From assembly GCA_050949565.1 (NCBI GenBank), contig JBMNFY010000017.1:1431299-1495298 (forward strand): 64,000 nucleotides of DNA. The letters are read 5' to 3'. Shown in pieces: positions 10,875 to 22,700 of this stretch (its first letter is position 1; each line of letters opens with the position of its first letter). The notes beneath the pieces are model-generated. The model was not told the DNA's origin. It was given only the letters and a program-made list of their open reading frames with translations, and made no database searches. A program made the position numbers and the translations under genes. This stretch comes from Kiritimatiellia bacterium. GTDB lineage: Bacteria; Verrucomicrobiota; Kiritimatiellia; RFP12; UBA1067.

Positions 10875-13052
10875 TTACTTGACCAGCACGGTCAGACGGC
10901 GGACCTCGTATTGGCCGCCGTTACCCATGAAGGTGTAGTCAGGATGCTCACCGGCGGTGTTGTTGCCGATACCGATATCGCAAGCTGCGCCGCCGTTGAA
11001 GTTGTTGTACGCGAAGAGCGTCATCCTGTTCTTCCAACTGTGGACCTGCATGCAGCCGTAGCTGCCGTCGGCGGCGGGCTTATCGTCGAAGTCATACTTG
11101 GAGCCGTTCGCGCCGGGCAGGTTCAGGCCGTTCGGATTGCCGTAATTCACCGGCCAGAACTCGATGTTGCCGCCGTCCGAGTTGTCCAGCGTGGGGATGC
11201 CCTCGATGTTGGAACGCACCGTCAGGTTGGCGACCTTGGTCTGGTGGTGGATGCCGCTGCGGGCGTGCGGGATGCCCAGTTTCTTGGCGTCTTTCGTGAA
11301 GGCGTCCATGACCGTGCAGACGTAGCGGATGCTCTCGGCCTGCTGAAGCTGGAGCACGTACGCCACGCGCGTGAAGGCGCCTGCGGTGCCGCTGGCGTCG
11401 ACGGAGTACTTGGGCGGCGTCGCACCGAAGTTGCCGTTGAGCGGCAGGTCGATTTCGTAAACTTTGCGGAAGCCCTGAAGCTCGGACATGCCTAGTGCAC
11501 CGTCCAGTTTGGGCTTGTTGCCGCAGCGGAACGCGCCGGCGGGCAGGCCCAGACCGTTGACGAGGTTGGGCTCGGCGAGCTGGTCCCAGGCGAAGCGCAT
11601 CGCCATCGGCGCGGTGATGCCGGAGGCGGAGAGCACAACGCTGTTGCCTTCGATCACGGCGTCGGCCTTGCGATAGAGTCCGTCCTGGCCGCAGAGTTCG
11701 AACCAGGTCGGCGGCTTGCCGTCACGCGTCTTCAGCCCGTCGGCATGGTCAAACGTAACACGCATCTTCGCGCCTTCGATGGCGAAGGATTTGTAGACCG
11801 GTCCTTCCCAGCGGATATCCTTCATGCCGTAAGTGCGGTTGAGCGCCTGGTTGGCCATGCGCAGACCCACATCCTGCTTATTGCGCGGATGGATGTCCTT
11901 GATGTTGCCGATATCGTTGATCACGGTATAGCCGGTGTTGGGAATCGCCGCAGGCACGGCGGCCTGTGCCTCCCAGATACCGGGCAGGTGCGTGGCACGG
12001 GATGCGCCGTAGTTGTAGGGCGCGAGTTGCACCAAGTAGTAAGGGAAGTCGCCTTGGCCCCACACCTTGCGCCAGCCGTTGACGAGCGCCTTGGTCTTCT
12101 CCAGATAGAGCATGCCCTCGCCGTTGTTGGAGCAGCCCTGATACCAGATTGCGCCTTTGATGGCGAAAGGCACGAGGCCCGCCATCATGCCGTTGTAAAG
12201 CACTGTAGGCTCTTGGTGTCTACCCTGGGCGTTCGAGAACACCAGATGCTGCGGGAATCCGGGCGCTTCGCTGAGCGCCTGTCCGGCCGCACTCTTGGCT
12301 TTGGCGTCGGCGATCCACGTCTGCATGGCGGAGATATAATCGCTGAGCACTTTTGTGTGCAACTCGGTACCGGGAATGGCGGTATCGACCCGCGCCTTGA
12401 TGGAGGCCAACGCAGGCAGTCCGTCAAAGCCGCACGGCGGCGTCCACGGCTCAATGCGTGTGCCGCCCCACGAGGAGTTGATGAGGCCCACCGGCACCTT
12501 GAGCACCTGATGCAGGCGGCGTCCGAAGAAGTAGGCCACGGCCGACTCATCGCTGATGCCTTCGGGCGTCGTCACTTCCCATGCGGCCTGAATGTTCTTT
12601 TCCGGCAGGGGCTTGAAGGCCTTGGGTGCCTTGAAGTGACGGATCATCGGGAAATTCGCGGCAGCGCGCTCTTGTTCGGCGTTGTCCACATTCGCCATGC
12701 GCCACTCCATGTTCGACTGTCCGGAACAGAACCAGACTTCGCCCACGACCACGTTGTTGAAGGTGACCGTGTTTGCACCGGAAACGGTGAAGGTCGCGGG
12801 ATCGGACGAGGCTTGCAGCGCCCTCAACGTCACGCGCCACGCGCCGTCTTTGCCGGCCTCGGTTTTCTGCGTCTGTCCCGCGAACGAAACCGTCACCTGC
12901 TCGCCCGGCGCGGCCCAGCCCCAGACTGGTACCGGTTGCCCGCGCTGCAAGACCATGTTGTGGTTAAAGATATTCGGCAAACTGACATCCGCCGAGACCA
13001 CCCCGGCGAACAGTGCGGCACCGGCCGCTAAAACGAACCCCATCCGTTGCAT
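10875..13052 (-). CDS. Secreted sialate O-acetylesterase-like SGNH hydrolase with a C-terminal beta-sandwich region
   Basis: Signal peptide; the 'FCSGQSNMEW' catalytic motif of the SIAE/DUF303 family. Confidence 0.7.
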   Translation of the reverse strand: MQRMGFVLAAGAALFAGVVSADVSLPNIFNHNMVLQRGQPVPVWGWAAPGEQVTVSFAGQTQKTEAGKDGAWRVTLRALQASSDPATFTVSGANTVTFNNVVVGEVWFCSGQSNMEWRMANVDNAEQERAAANFPMIRHFKAPKAFKPLPEKNIQAAWEVTTPEGISDESAVAYFFGRRLHQVLKVPVGLINSSWGGTRIEPWTPPCGFDGLPALASIKARVDTAIPGTELHTKVLSDYISAMQTWIADAKAKSAAGQALSEAPGFPQHLVFSNAQGRHQEPTVLYNGMMAGLVPFAIKGAIWYQGCSNNGEGMLYLEKTKALVNGWRKVWGQGDFPYYLVQLAPYNYGASRATHLPGIWEAQAAVPAAIPNTGYTVINDIGNIKDIHPRNKQDVGLRMANQALNRTYGMKDIRWEGPVYKSFAIEGAKMRVTFDHADGLKTRDGKPPTWFELCGQDGLYRKADAVIEGNSVVLSASGITAPMAMRFAWDQLAEPNLVNGLGLPAGAFRCGNKPKLDGALGMSELQGFRKVYEIDLPLNGNFGATPPKYSVDASGTAGAFTRVAYVLQLQQAESIRYVCTVMDAFTKDAKKLGIPHARSGIHHQTKVANLTVRSNIEGIPTLDNSDGGNIEFWPVNYGNPNGLNLPGANGSKYDFDDKPAADGSYGCMQVHSWKNRMTLFAYNNFNGGAACDIGIGNNTAGEHPDYTFMGNGGQYEVRRLTVLVK

Positions 13053-13157
13053 CTTAACTCCTCTGTTGTGTCCTGCCCGGCCACGAGCCGGGCGTTTGTG
13101 TCAGACCGACGCGGGCTTTGCCCGCAACCCCTTTCGGTCTCACGTAAAAAACGCTGA

Positions 13158-14366
13158 TTACAAACGGCGCGAGCGCCAGTAAGCGGCGAGAAGATGCGCC
13201 GTACGGCAGAGGCCCGCCCGTTCCAGCGGCTCCCTGAGCACGGCATCCTCGAGAAAGCGGCGGTACGGCTCGTCCGGACGGAATCCCGGCACCATCGACT
13301 GCGCCAGCAGCAACTCGCCGTCCCAGCACATGCCGTAGGGCCTGTACTTTGGGTCGAGTTGCGCCCGGACCTGCCGGTCACGGGCGAATCCGGCAAACAC
13401 CTCCAAGGCCTCCTGGATACGGTCCCGGCGCTTCTGATTCTTCTCGTATGCGAGGATGGGATCGAAGGAGATCACGCACTGGAAAAGCGAATAGCACGGC
13501 ATCCGCCCCTGTATCTGATCCTGTGTCTTGTTCTTGAACCCGCCGTACTTGATCTTGAGCGTAATGTCGATCGCCTCGTCGATGTATTTCTCGTACAGTT
13601 CCTTCCAGTGCGGATCGTCGGTCGCCATGAAAGCCGCAACATAGATCATCGGCAGACGCGCCGCCTCGTGCGGCCACACTTCCGGCCCCCACATCGTGCA
13701 GATGGTGCGGTAGTCGGGCTTGGAATAATCGTCCGCGTACCCGAAGTTCCACTGGTTCTCCGCAGTGATGCGCTCCTCCATGAACTTCGCCACCTCGACG
13801 ATTTGCTCCTGATAGCCCTTGACGATCTCAGGATCGGCCATCGACGAATTGCAGTAACGCCAGAGTCCATGCACCCAGTGCGTGTACTGGTCGCGGCTCG
13901 AGAGCGACACCGTCGTCTTGCCGTCATTGCAGAAGCCGCGGCAGACGAACCCCTTGTAGCCGTGGAGGATCGCGAGATTCAATACACCTTTCGCGAGCTT
14001 GGCGGCGTCAGCCTTGACCGCCGGATCGTGTGTGACGTCCCATTTGTCAACGAGTCCGGAAAGCGCGGTCCCGCAGATGAGCGGCGCGTCTCCCACGCCG
14101 GGCGGCCCCCATCCGCCCGGGCGTTTGTCGTACATCGGATAGAGATTGTTCTTCGCGTCCGGCGGCGGCGGTGACTTCGATTTGTCCCTCACCCCCGTGA
14201 CGAGCGACGTCACCGGATCCCAGGTCTCCATCATTTTCGCCCAGCCCCGGTCGCAGGCGGCTCTGAGCTGCGCATCGGGAACCGGCTCGCGCGCAGGCTG
14301 GGCTGACGGTTCTCCGTACGCAGCGAGGACAACACACAAAAAAGCACCTACTGTAAGCCTCTTCAT
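13158..14366 (-). CDS. Secreted hypothetical protein (possible glycoside hydrolase-like), in the glycan-degrading gene cluster
   Basis: Signal peptide MKRLTVGAFLCVVLAAYG; no family recognised. Confidence 0.6.
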   Translation of the reverse strand: MKRLTVGAFLCVVLAAYGEPSAQPAREPVPDAQLRAACDRGWAKMMETWDPVTSLVTGVRDKSKSPPPPDAKNNLYPMYDKRPGGWGPPGVGDAPLICGTALSGLVDKWDVTHDPAVKADAAKLAKGVLNLAILHGYKGFVCRGFCNDGKTTVSLSSRDQYTHWVHGLWRYCNSSMADPEIVKGYQEQIVEVAKFMEERITAENQWNFGYADDYSKPDYRTICTMWGPEVWPHEAARLPMIYVAAFMATDDPHWKELYEKYIDEAIDITLKIKYGGFKNKTQDQIQGRMPCYSLFQCVISFDPILAYEKNQKRRDRIQEALEVFAGFARDRQVRAQLDPKYRPYGMCWDGELLLAQSMVPGFRPDEPYRRFLEDAVLREPLERAGLCRTAHLLAAYWRSRRL

Positions 14367-14389
14367 ACTTCTGCACCCAAACTGAAACG

Positions 14390-16585
14390 TCACCGGCGAG
14401 CCGCCGCGCCCATCTCAAAGACCAGCGTCCCGCCCTTCATGATGTCTGCGTGCGAGAGCTTCATGCCCGGGAATGGCTTGCCGTTGAGCGTGATGCTCTG
14501 CACGTATTTGTTCTCCTGCGAAAGGTTCCGCGCTTCGACCGTGAAGGTGCGGCCGCGCGGCAGGCGCAACGCGATCTTGCTGATCTGCGGCGCGCCGAAC
14601 ACGTAGCCGTCGTTGCACGGGTTGAAGGGATAAAATCCCATCGCGGAAAAGATATACCAAGCAGACATCTGGCCGCAATCATCATTACCGCACAGACCGT
14701 CGGGCTTGTTCTTGTACTGCGTATCGAAAATCTCGCGGATCAGCTCCTGCGTGCGCCACGGCTGGCCTGCGTAATTGAAAAGGTAGGCCGTGTGGTGGCT
14801 GGGCTCGTTGCCGTGCGCGTACTGGCCGATCAGGCCGGTGACATCGAGCACAAAGCCCGCGCCTTCGGTCTTGGTCGGGAGCGTGAAGAGCGTATTGAGT
14901 TTGGCGGCGGTGGCGGCCTTGCCGCCCATGAGCGTGACCAGCCCTTCGGGATCGTGCTGCACATGCCAGGTGTACTGCCAGGCGTTGCCCTCGGTGTAGT
15001 CATAGCCGCTGTGCTCGCCGTGGTTCAGCTTCATCGGATCGAACGGCGTGCGCCAGTTGCCCTTGGAGTCGCGGCCGCGCATGAAGCCGGTTTCCGGGCA
15101 GAAGAGGTTTTTGTAGAACCCCGCCCGCTTGGAGAAAGTTTCCGCGTCGTCGTATTTATCCAGCGCCTTGGCGAACTGCGCGGCGCAATAGTCGTCGTAG
15201 GCATACTCCAGCGTGCGCGAGACGCTCTCGCCCTTGATGATGTCGAACGGCAGATAGCCGTAGCGCGTGTAGACATCCCAGTCCGACTTGGGGTGATTGA
15301 CCGTGAGCGATGTCTTGACGGCGTCGAACGCGGCCTCGGCGTTGAAGCCGCGGAAGCCCTTGAGATAGGCGTCGGCGATGACCGGTATCGAGTGGTTGCC
15401 GATCATGCAGTGGTTCTCCTTGCCCCACAACGTCCAGATCGGCAGATAGCCCTGTGCCTTGTGGTGCGCGATCATGGTTTTGACAAAGCCGTTCACGCGC
15501 TCGGGTGCCAGAATCGTGTAGAGCGGGTGCGCCGCGCGGTAGGTGTCCCAGAGCGAGAGCGTCGAGTAGTAGGTCTTGTCCGGCGCGGTCAGTACTTTGT
15601 CGTCTGCGCCGCGATAGCGTCCGTCCACATCTGTGATATTGTTCGGCTGGATGAACAGGTGGTACATCGCAGTGTAGAAGTTCTCCTTTTGATCGAGCGT
15701 CCCTTCGATCTTGGCGCGAGAGAGCAGGGCGTTCCACGCTGTTTTGGTCTGAGCGCGTACCTTCGTGAAGTTCCAATGCGGGATCTCGGCGGCCAGATTC
15801 TTTTTGGCTCCATCGACGCTGACCGTCGAGAGCGCCACCTTGACCTGCAAGGTCTCGCCGGGCTTGAGGTCGAAGTCCAGCACATAGCGCGGAGCCTTCT
15901 CGCCCTTCTGCGCCGGGAGCTGGCGGATTGCGGCGTAGGGTTTGTCGAACTTGATGACATAGAAGTAGTGGCGCTTGACCCATGCTTGAGCCTGGTTGTG
16001 GCCGCTGATCGTCATGGCGTCTTCGACCGTCACGTCGCTGGCCAGAATGTGCGTGCGCAGCGCATCCTTGCCGCTGACGATGCCGTACTGCAAATCGACC
16101 AGCAGACGTGCGGGCGCGGCGTCCTTGAAGGTGTAGCGGTGGAAGGCCACGCGCGGCGAGGCGGTCAGCTCGACATCCACGCCGAAGTCATCCAAGGTCA
16201 CTGCATAGTAGCCGGGCTTGGCCTGCTGCGTCTCCTTGCGGTAGCGGCTGTGATAATTCTCGCGTTCGATCGGTCCTGTGAACGGCTGGAGCTGGATGTC
16301 GCCGAGGTCGGGGCAACCCGTTCCGTTGAGGTGGGTCTGCGAGAATCCCCAGATTTTCTCGTCAAGGTACATGTAGCCGGAACAGTAGGCCCAGGTGCAG
16401 TTACCGGTATCGGGGCTGGGCTGCACCAGTCCGAACGGGAAGCAGGCACCGGGGAAGGTGTGGCCGTTGTCGGCCGCGCCGATAAAGGGGTTCACGTACT
16501 GCGTGAGATCCCGCTCCGAACTACGGAAGGGGCAGGTGCATCCGGCGATCAGCGCCAGAAGCAAAAGACCAGTGATTTTTTTCAT
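14390..16585 (-). CDS. GH92 alpha-mannosidase (lipoprotein signal)
   Basis: 'YVNPFIGAADNGHTFPGA...PFGLVQPSPDT' N-terminal GH92 signature; 731 aa. Confidence 0.85.
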   Translation of the reverse strand: MKKITGLLLLALIAGCTCPFRSSERDLTQYVNPFIGAADNGHTFPGACFPFGLVQPSPDTGNCTWAYCSGYMYLDEKIWGFSQTHLNGTGCPDLGDIQLQPFTGPIERENYHSRYRKETQQAKPGYYAVTLDDFGVDVELTASPRVAFHRYTFKDAAPARLLVDLQYGIVSGKDALRTHILASDVTVEDAMTISGHNQAQAWVKRHYFYVIKFDKPYAAIRQLPAQKGEKAPRYVLDFDLKPGETLQVKVALSTVSVDGAKKNLAAEIPHWNFTKVRAQTKTAWNALLSRAKIEGTLDQKENFYTAMYHLFIQPNNITDVDGRYRGADDKVLTAPDKTYYSTLSLWDTYRAAHPLYTILAPERVNGFVKTMIAHHKAQGYLPIWTLWGKENHCMIGNHSIPVIADAYLKGFRGFNAEAAFDAVKTSLTVNHPKSDWDVYTRYGYLPFDIIKGESVSRTLEYAYDDYCAAQFAKALDKYDDAETFSKRAGFYKNLFCPETGFMRGRDSKGNWRTPFDPMKLNHGEHSGYDYTEGNAWQYTWHVQHDPEGLVTLMGGKAATAAKLNTLFTLPTKTEGAGFVLDVTGLIGQYAHGNEPSHHTAYLFNYAGQPWRTQELIREIFDTQYKNKPDGLCGNDDCGQMSAWYIFSAMGFYPFNPCNDGYVFGAPQISKIALRLPRGRTFTVEARNLSQENKYVQSITLNGKPFPGMKLSHADIMKGGTLVFEMGAAARR

Positions 16586-16705
16586 AATGCGGGCCTTTCG
16601 GTATAGGACACATATACTATAACAGGCAGAACCTACTCAAACAAGCCGGAGCGTGTTAGCGCATGAGTTTGTTTGGCGCTGCTCGGCTGCCAGGTTGCCG
16701 ACAGT

Positions 16706-16723
16706 GGCGGTGTAAACACCGCC
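16706..16723. terminator. GGCGGTGT-aa-ACACCGCC hairpin 3' of the giant CotH gene
   Basis: Hairpin family plus the CCCACAGGACTGGA flank. Confidence 0.4.
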
Positions 16724-16747
16724 CACAGGACTGGACCGCGCGCCGCC

Positions 16748-19700
16748 TCACTCGCGTGTTTGGCGGATGCGGAAGAAGGCGCGGGCGGGCAAGTTCAGTG
16801 CGGCCGGATCAAGCGTGTAACTGAGCACGGCACCGGTACCCGCGACCGGCGTGTCTGCGTTGACCGGAAGCCAGACGGGAGCGGCCAGGTCCGCGCACCA
16901 CTCAATGGTGTAGAAGGTGTGCGGTTTGCTCGCCCATTTCAGTTCTAGGTTGTCGCCCGCCGCAGTCGTCGTCAGTGCGGTAACGCTCAGATTGCGCGTG
17001 TCGACCACTAGCCTGATCGTCGTGCTCAGCGCTGCGCCGGCACCGTCGAAGGCGCGTACGCGGAAGCTGAATGATCCGGTCTGGTCGGCGCGCGGCTGCC
17101 ACTGCACGTGTCCGGTCTCGGAGTCGATCGTCAGTCCTTCTGGACCATCGGACGACAACCTGTAGGTGAAGACGTTGGGCGGTAGGTCGGGATCGTTGTA
17201 ACGCAGTCGCACGGAGAAGGGCTCTTCTCGCCAGAGCATGAAGGTGGTGGGCGAAACGTAGGTGAAGGGCCGGTTGACCTCGTTGACGCGGATGGTCACC
17301 TGCGCGGTGCTGAAGACGCTCGGATCGTCGGCGTCCTCGGCGATTACGGTGATAAGATAATCGCCCGGCCCGTCCGGCTCATCTGTCTGCCAAGTGAACA
17401 CGCCGGTTTCGGCATTGAAGACGGCGTTCGAGGGCAACGCGCCCTCTAGCCGCAGGCGCGTCGTGGTGGGATAAGGCGGCATCTCTTCCGCGCGCGTGAC
17501 GGTCACGGTGAAAGCGGCGATCTGGCCTTCGTCGACCGTGATATCCACAAGCGGACCGAGTTGCGGGCGGCTGGGTGTTTCCAGTACGCACAGGGTCAGC
17601 AGGGTTTCGTCACAGCCGACTACGCTCAAACCGTCAACCAAGAAGCCGCAGAGGCGCAATGCGTAGAGGCCGGGGCCCTGTGCTTCGCTCGGGGTCCAGG
17701 TCAGTACGCCGCTCTCGGTGTCGAACTGAAGGCCCTCGGGCAGTGCGTCGCCTTCGGTCGGGAAAAGACGGAAGGTGAAAGCGGCGGGCCGCGTCACCGC
17801 GAGGGTGTTGGTGCAGGTGAACGGCTCCTCCTCGCGCAAGACGTAGGGGCCGGGCTGCGCGATCAGCGCTTCCGTGAAGCGTGGGTTGCGGTTGGGCGCG
17901 CCGGGGGTCGGGTTGTCGAAGCGTACGAGATCGCCAGATGCGCCGTTGAACCAGCGGCCCATGCTGGCGGTACCGATCTGTTCGGTCGCGTACTCAAGGC
18001 GATCGGCCAGTGCCAGCGTCGGTGTGAAGAGACAGATGCGGTCGCCGCTCTTGCTGAGGCCGAAGGGCGCCTGGAGGTTCGCGGGATCGACCGGCAGCGA
18101 TGCGGCGTCTTTCGCACCGGTCCAGATACGCAGTGCCGCGCCGGGCGCGAGTACCACACCCGCCGGAATGACCAGCGCTTTGGAGGTGCGCAGGTCCGGC
18201 GTCGGCGGCGATTCGCTGGTCAGGGTGTCGGTGACGACCCAGCCGCCGAGATCGACCGGTTCCGTACCATCGTTGAACAGCTCGAACCAATCATCCTTCT
18301 TGCCGGTAAGCGGGTTGGTAAAGAGGTCGTTCTGCGCCATGAACTCATTGACCACAATGCAGCACTGCGGTCGGTCGGCGCGGTTGGGTGCGCCGGGCGT
18401 GGCGGGGTGGAGCCAACGGCGCTGGTCCGGCGAGCCATCGGGCCAAGCGCCCCATGCCATGTCATCGGCGCAATCGGTAATCTCTAAGGCATCGACCACC
18501 ACCGTGCGGCCATCGAGCGGCGCACGCAGCAGCAGCGTGCCGGAAACAAAATCGAAGCGGAAGCTGGCGTGCAGGTGGCCGGGGGCGCTCTCGTTGGGTT
18601 CGGCATCAAGCCAGACACGCAGGAATGCGCCGGGGTCGATCAAGGTGTCGGGCGGGAAACTCCAACCGGGGTCGCTCTGCGCTGTGGACAGTGTCCAGCC
18701 ATCCAGCGCCACCGCGTTGGTGCCGCTGTTGTAGAGTTCTACCCACGGTTCACGCTCGCCGACGTTGTCGATGGCACCGGTCAGATTGCGCGGCTGGAGT
18801 TCGTTGAGCCAGACCGCCGGCAGGGCCGTGGGCGTCAGCGAGGAGACGTTGGACGCGCCTGGTGTACATGTGACGATTGAGGTCGTCATGATGTCGAGCG
18901 TCATGCCAAATACGAGGTCGGAGCTGGCACCCTGATTCTGATGGACGCTGACAGCCAGAGTATTGAGGCCGTTGTGCAGAGCGGTGGCGGGTAGCTCGAA
19001 GACCCCTTGTATTTGGCCTTCCGGCTGGATGTGTGTGGTCGCGACGCTGCTGTCGGTCAGCGGACCGACAGGCATCAACGACGAACGGTGAATCTCTTCG
19101 CCGTTGAGGTAGAAGGCGGCCGCGTCGTCGAGCATGTAGGTGAGCCGTAGCGTGGCGTTGGCGGGATTGCCGCTGTAAGCGAACTTCGTGCGGAAGTAAT
19201 AGACGACACGTCCGCTCACCTTGGGGATGGTAGTGGCGAGCGGGATCGGCAGCGGGTCGGTTTCGAAACCCAGCGGGCCGCGACCGGCGGACCACGCCGC
19301 GTCGTTAAAGGCGGGCACGGTCCATGTGTCGCCGGGATAGTCAGTGAGATAGGACCAGATGTGCGCCCACGGCACGACGGTCACGGTGTTGCTGGTGACG
19401 GCACTTCCCGCCGCCCAGTTGGCTGGCCGGTTGTTGTCGAGCGCGGGGTTGATGAGTTGCAGGGCGGTGCCCGGCGACACAGCCTCGGGCCAAGGGTAGC
19501 GGTCGCCGTAAGTCACGCGGTCAAGCATTGGGTCGTCAGGCTCGAAGCCCGTCGCGCGCCGGTGCAGGCACAGGGTGCCGGCCAACGGCAGGACACCGCT
19601 GTAGGTGCCGACGACCCGTTGCCGCGCACTGGTGCCGTAGACCTGCGCAATCGCATCAGGGTCAGCCGCGATGATCAGGCACTCGCCGGGGTCTAAGCGT

Positions 19701-22700
19701 GTACCGCTGGGGAAGGCGAAGGTGACCGCTCCGTCCAGATAGACGCCGGTCAGGTTCATGCATGTTGAGGCCGAGCGGTTGGCGATCTCGATGTATGCGG
19801 CGGTGTTGGTGACCGGATGCGCCATGATCTCGCTGATCACGAGGTAACCCTCCAGCGGATCGAGCGGCGTGCCGGTGTAGACGATCGTGCGGGTGATGTT
19901 ACCGCCGGGCAGGCGTGTACCGTCGGCGGTGAAGGCCTCGATCTGGAAGGCGTTGGTACCGTTATTGAGCACCACCTGTGCGCTCCACATGGTGGACGAG
20001 GTCCACGTGACGGGAGTCTCCGCACCGTTGATGCGCAGGGTGGTGACCGCGAAGGGCGCATCACCGGAGAGAGTCAGGATATTGACGGCGGCCTCCGACG
20101 TGGCTGCGGCCGGCGACGTCACGCGGAATGCGCTGGCGTTGGCGGCGGCGAGCTGACTGGCCACGTTGGCGCGCCGCGTCTCGACATTTGCGAAATGGGC
20201 ATTGTAATCGCCGTTGAGCACGGTGGCGTCGGCGCGTAGCGCGTCGTACTTGGCGCGTGTCCAGGTGCGCAGCGCGGGATCAGCCGAGGCGGCGAGCAAC
20301 TTCTCGATGGCCCGCCAGAAGACACGCGCCACGACGGGATGTTTCAAGAAGGTCCGCATCGTCGGGTCATCGGTCATGAATGTGGCGAGCGAAGGATTGA
20401 TCGGATCGGTCAGCGGACGGTTCGCGCCAAACGAGACATCGAGGTCCCAGGCGACGAGTTGCCAGCCGGCAGCGCTGTCGTAGAGGTACATATTTTTGCC
20501 ACGGTTGAAGCCGTAGGTGTCGTAGTTGCCGGCGAACTGGTTCATGGCGATCACGCCGACGAAGCCGTCGAGGTTGATCTCCTGCTGGATGCGCTGCGTG
20601 TAGGTGGCGGGATCGGTCGTGTTAAGCATCTCGACCAGCGAGAAGAAGTTGGCGTAGTCATTGGCGCAGAAATTGTCATAGCCGCGCCTTTGCCAGTTCC
20701 AACGGTAACGACCGGTTTTAAACACCTGACCGCCACCGTCCGGCGCATCGGTCCGATACGGCTGCAGGCGCGCGGTGATGATCGAAAAAGACGAGATATC
20801 GAGTGTGTACTCGAACCAGTCGTCGATCTTGAAGAGGTCGTTGTCGTCGTCTTCCGGGAACCAGTGTTTGATGTAGCTGGCATTGGGTTTCTCGGTGTCC
20901 TCGTAGATCTTTTTACTGAACTGCTCGGTGCCGTTGGCGTAGACGTGAACAAAACGGCGGTGGACATGCGGCAGCCCGAGCGCCTGCACCAACGAGTAGC
21001 AAAACTGCTCGCGGATGCCGATGTCGTCGTTGCCGAGGTTGCCGACGGTCGAGAGCACCATGCCGTCATCATCAAGTACGGTGTCGTCGCTCTGGAAAAC
21101 CGCCTCGTAATCAACGGTGCCGGTGCCGATCGGCGACGAATAGTTGCTGTGAAACGGACTGCCGGCGTACATCATGGCGGCATGGTAAAGCACGCGGTCG
21201 TTGCCATAGATGAAGGTGGCGTCGACCGGCGCGTTACTGGCCCGTTCGCGGCGAGTCCAGTAATCGATATTCTCCTGCGTCATCCAGAAGCGGTAGATGC
21301 CGAAGGCGCGGCTGTCGAGCGGTTCGCTGAAACGTATCAGGCACTCGCGCTCGGGGGCGTTGGCCGGGAAGCGGGCGTAGGCGGTAGGCACGCTGCAATC
21401 CGCAGCTTCGATATGGAAGGCGACCAACGCGCCTGCGGGCATCCCTGCCGGAATGTTAGCCGACAGAAAACCGGCCGCGCACGGCCGCATGGGCACCCGG
21501 TTGGTGACGGCCTGGCCTTGCACGCGATAGACAAGGTACGCCCGCGCGAGGCCGTCGGGATCGTGCAACCGCGCATAGACGGTGACCTCTTCACCGGTGC
21601 GCGGCAGGAGAGGCTGGTGGATCACGTCATAGATCGCGGGGGCGGCGTTGGCGGCGCGGCTGTTGGGTTGGCCGGGTGAACCGAGCGCGCGCGTGGTGAG
21701 AATCGGAGCACAGGCTTCCAGCCAGTTGCCGCGCGTGCGGATCAGCAACTCGGGGCAGCCGGAGATCCAGCGGACACGGGCACGGATGGTGCCGGTGCCG
21801 CTCTTGGGCAGCGTGGCGCTCATGGCGCCGCGGATGACGTTCATGCCGGTGTGGACGCGGTCGGAGGCGCGTAACCTGAGCACGCGCTGGCTATCGAAAG
21901 CGTCGGCGACCGGTTCGATCGCGGAGCGGTCGTGCGTGCCCATGAAACGCCAGTCGGGCGTATCGTGCTCGAACGACGGATTGTTGACGAGGTTCGCGCC
22001 GCCCGCCGCGCGCACCTCGACGGCATCGATCAAGCATTCGCCGGCATCCATTAGCCCGATGTGCATCTCGTTCGGGTCGCCGTTGGAACTGGCGGTGAAG
22101 CCGTGGTCGATGCGTCCGGTGAACTCGATCGTGGTCCACGCGCTCTTCTGCGATTCGTCGCTGGCGGCCCAACTGCGTGCGAGTGTGGGGTCGGTGCGCG
22201 GATCAATCCGTTCGAGCGAACTGCCGCCGCCGTCCGCCAGTATGTGCCACTCGCCGCCGTCGCGGTAGGTGACACGCTCCACGACCGTGTTGTTTGTGGT
22301 GACGGAAGGCGCGAGCGGGTCGGTCGTGTCCATCACCGGCACCGGTTGCGAGAGTGTGACGGTATCGCGTTTATTACCGAGTGAGCCGCTGAAACCATCG
22401 GGCGTGGCGAGCGCCGCGCAATCGGGATAGAGCTGTGCAAAAGCGGCGGGATTGCGCGGCACGACCAGATAGCCGCCGGCCGGGATGCTGAGCGACCTGA
22501 AGGTATACGCGATGCCGCCGCCCAGCTTCCAGCCGTCGAGGTTTACGCTCTGCGTGCCGGGGTTGAAGAGTTCGACATACTCCTCGTCTTTGCGCTCGGA
22601 GATGGGGTTGTACATGATCTCATTGAGCACAACCGGCGCGGGGCGGCGCGGGGTGTTGGGCTCACCCGGCGTAGGCGTCACCAGAATATTCCAGCGCGCA

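Noticed and set aside
13101-13150. Hairpin GAGACCG...CGGTCTC plus an A-tract as a terminator
   Set aside because: The T/A-tract is on the wrong side of the stem for either strand's upstream gene, so it was left uncalled.
14450-16606. 718-aa plus-strand ORF antisense to GH92, and the many other long antisense ORFs inside the giant genes (17561..18487, 20339..21679, 22721..23827, 58245..60071, 60582..62036 and others)
   Set aside because: They have Arg/Ala/Gly-rich composition typical of out-of-frame high-GC sequence and are fully contained within strongly supported genes on the opposite strand.
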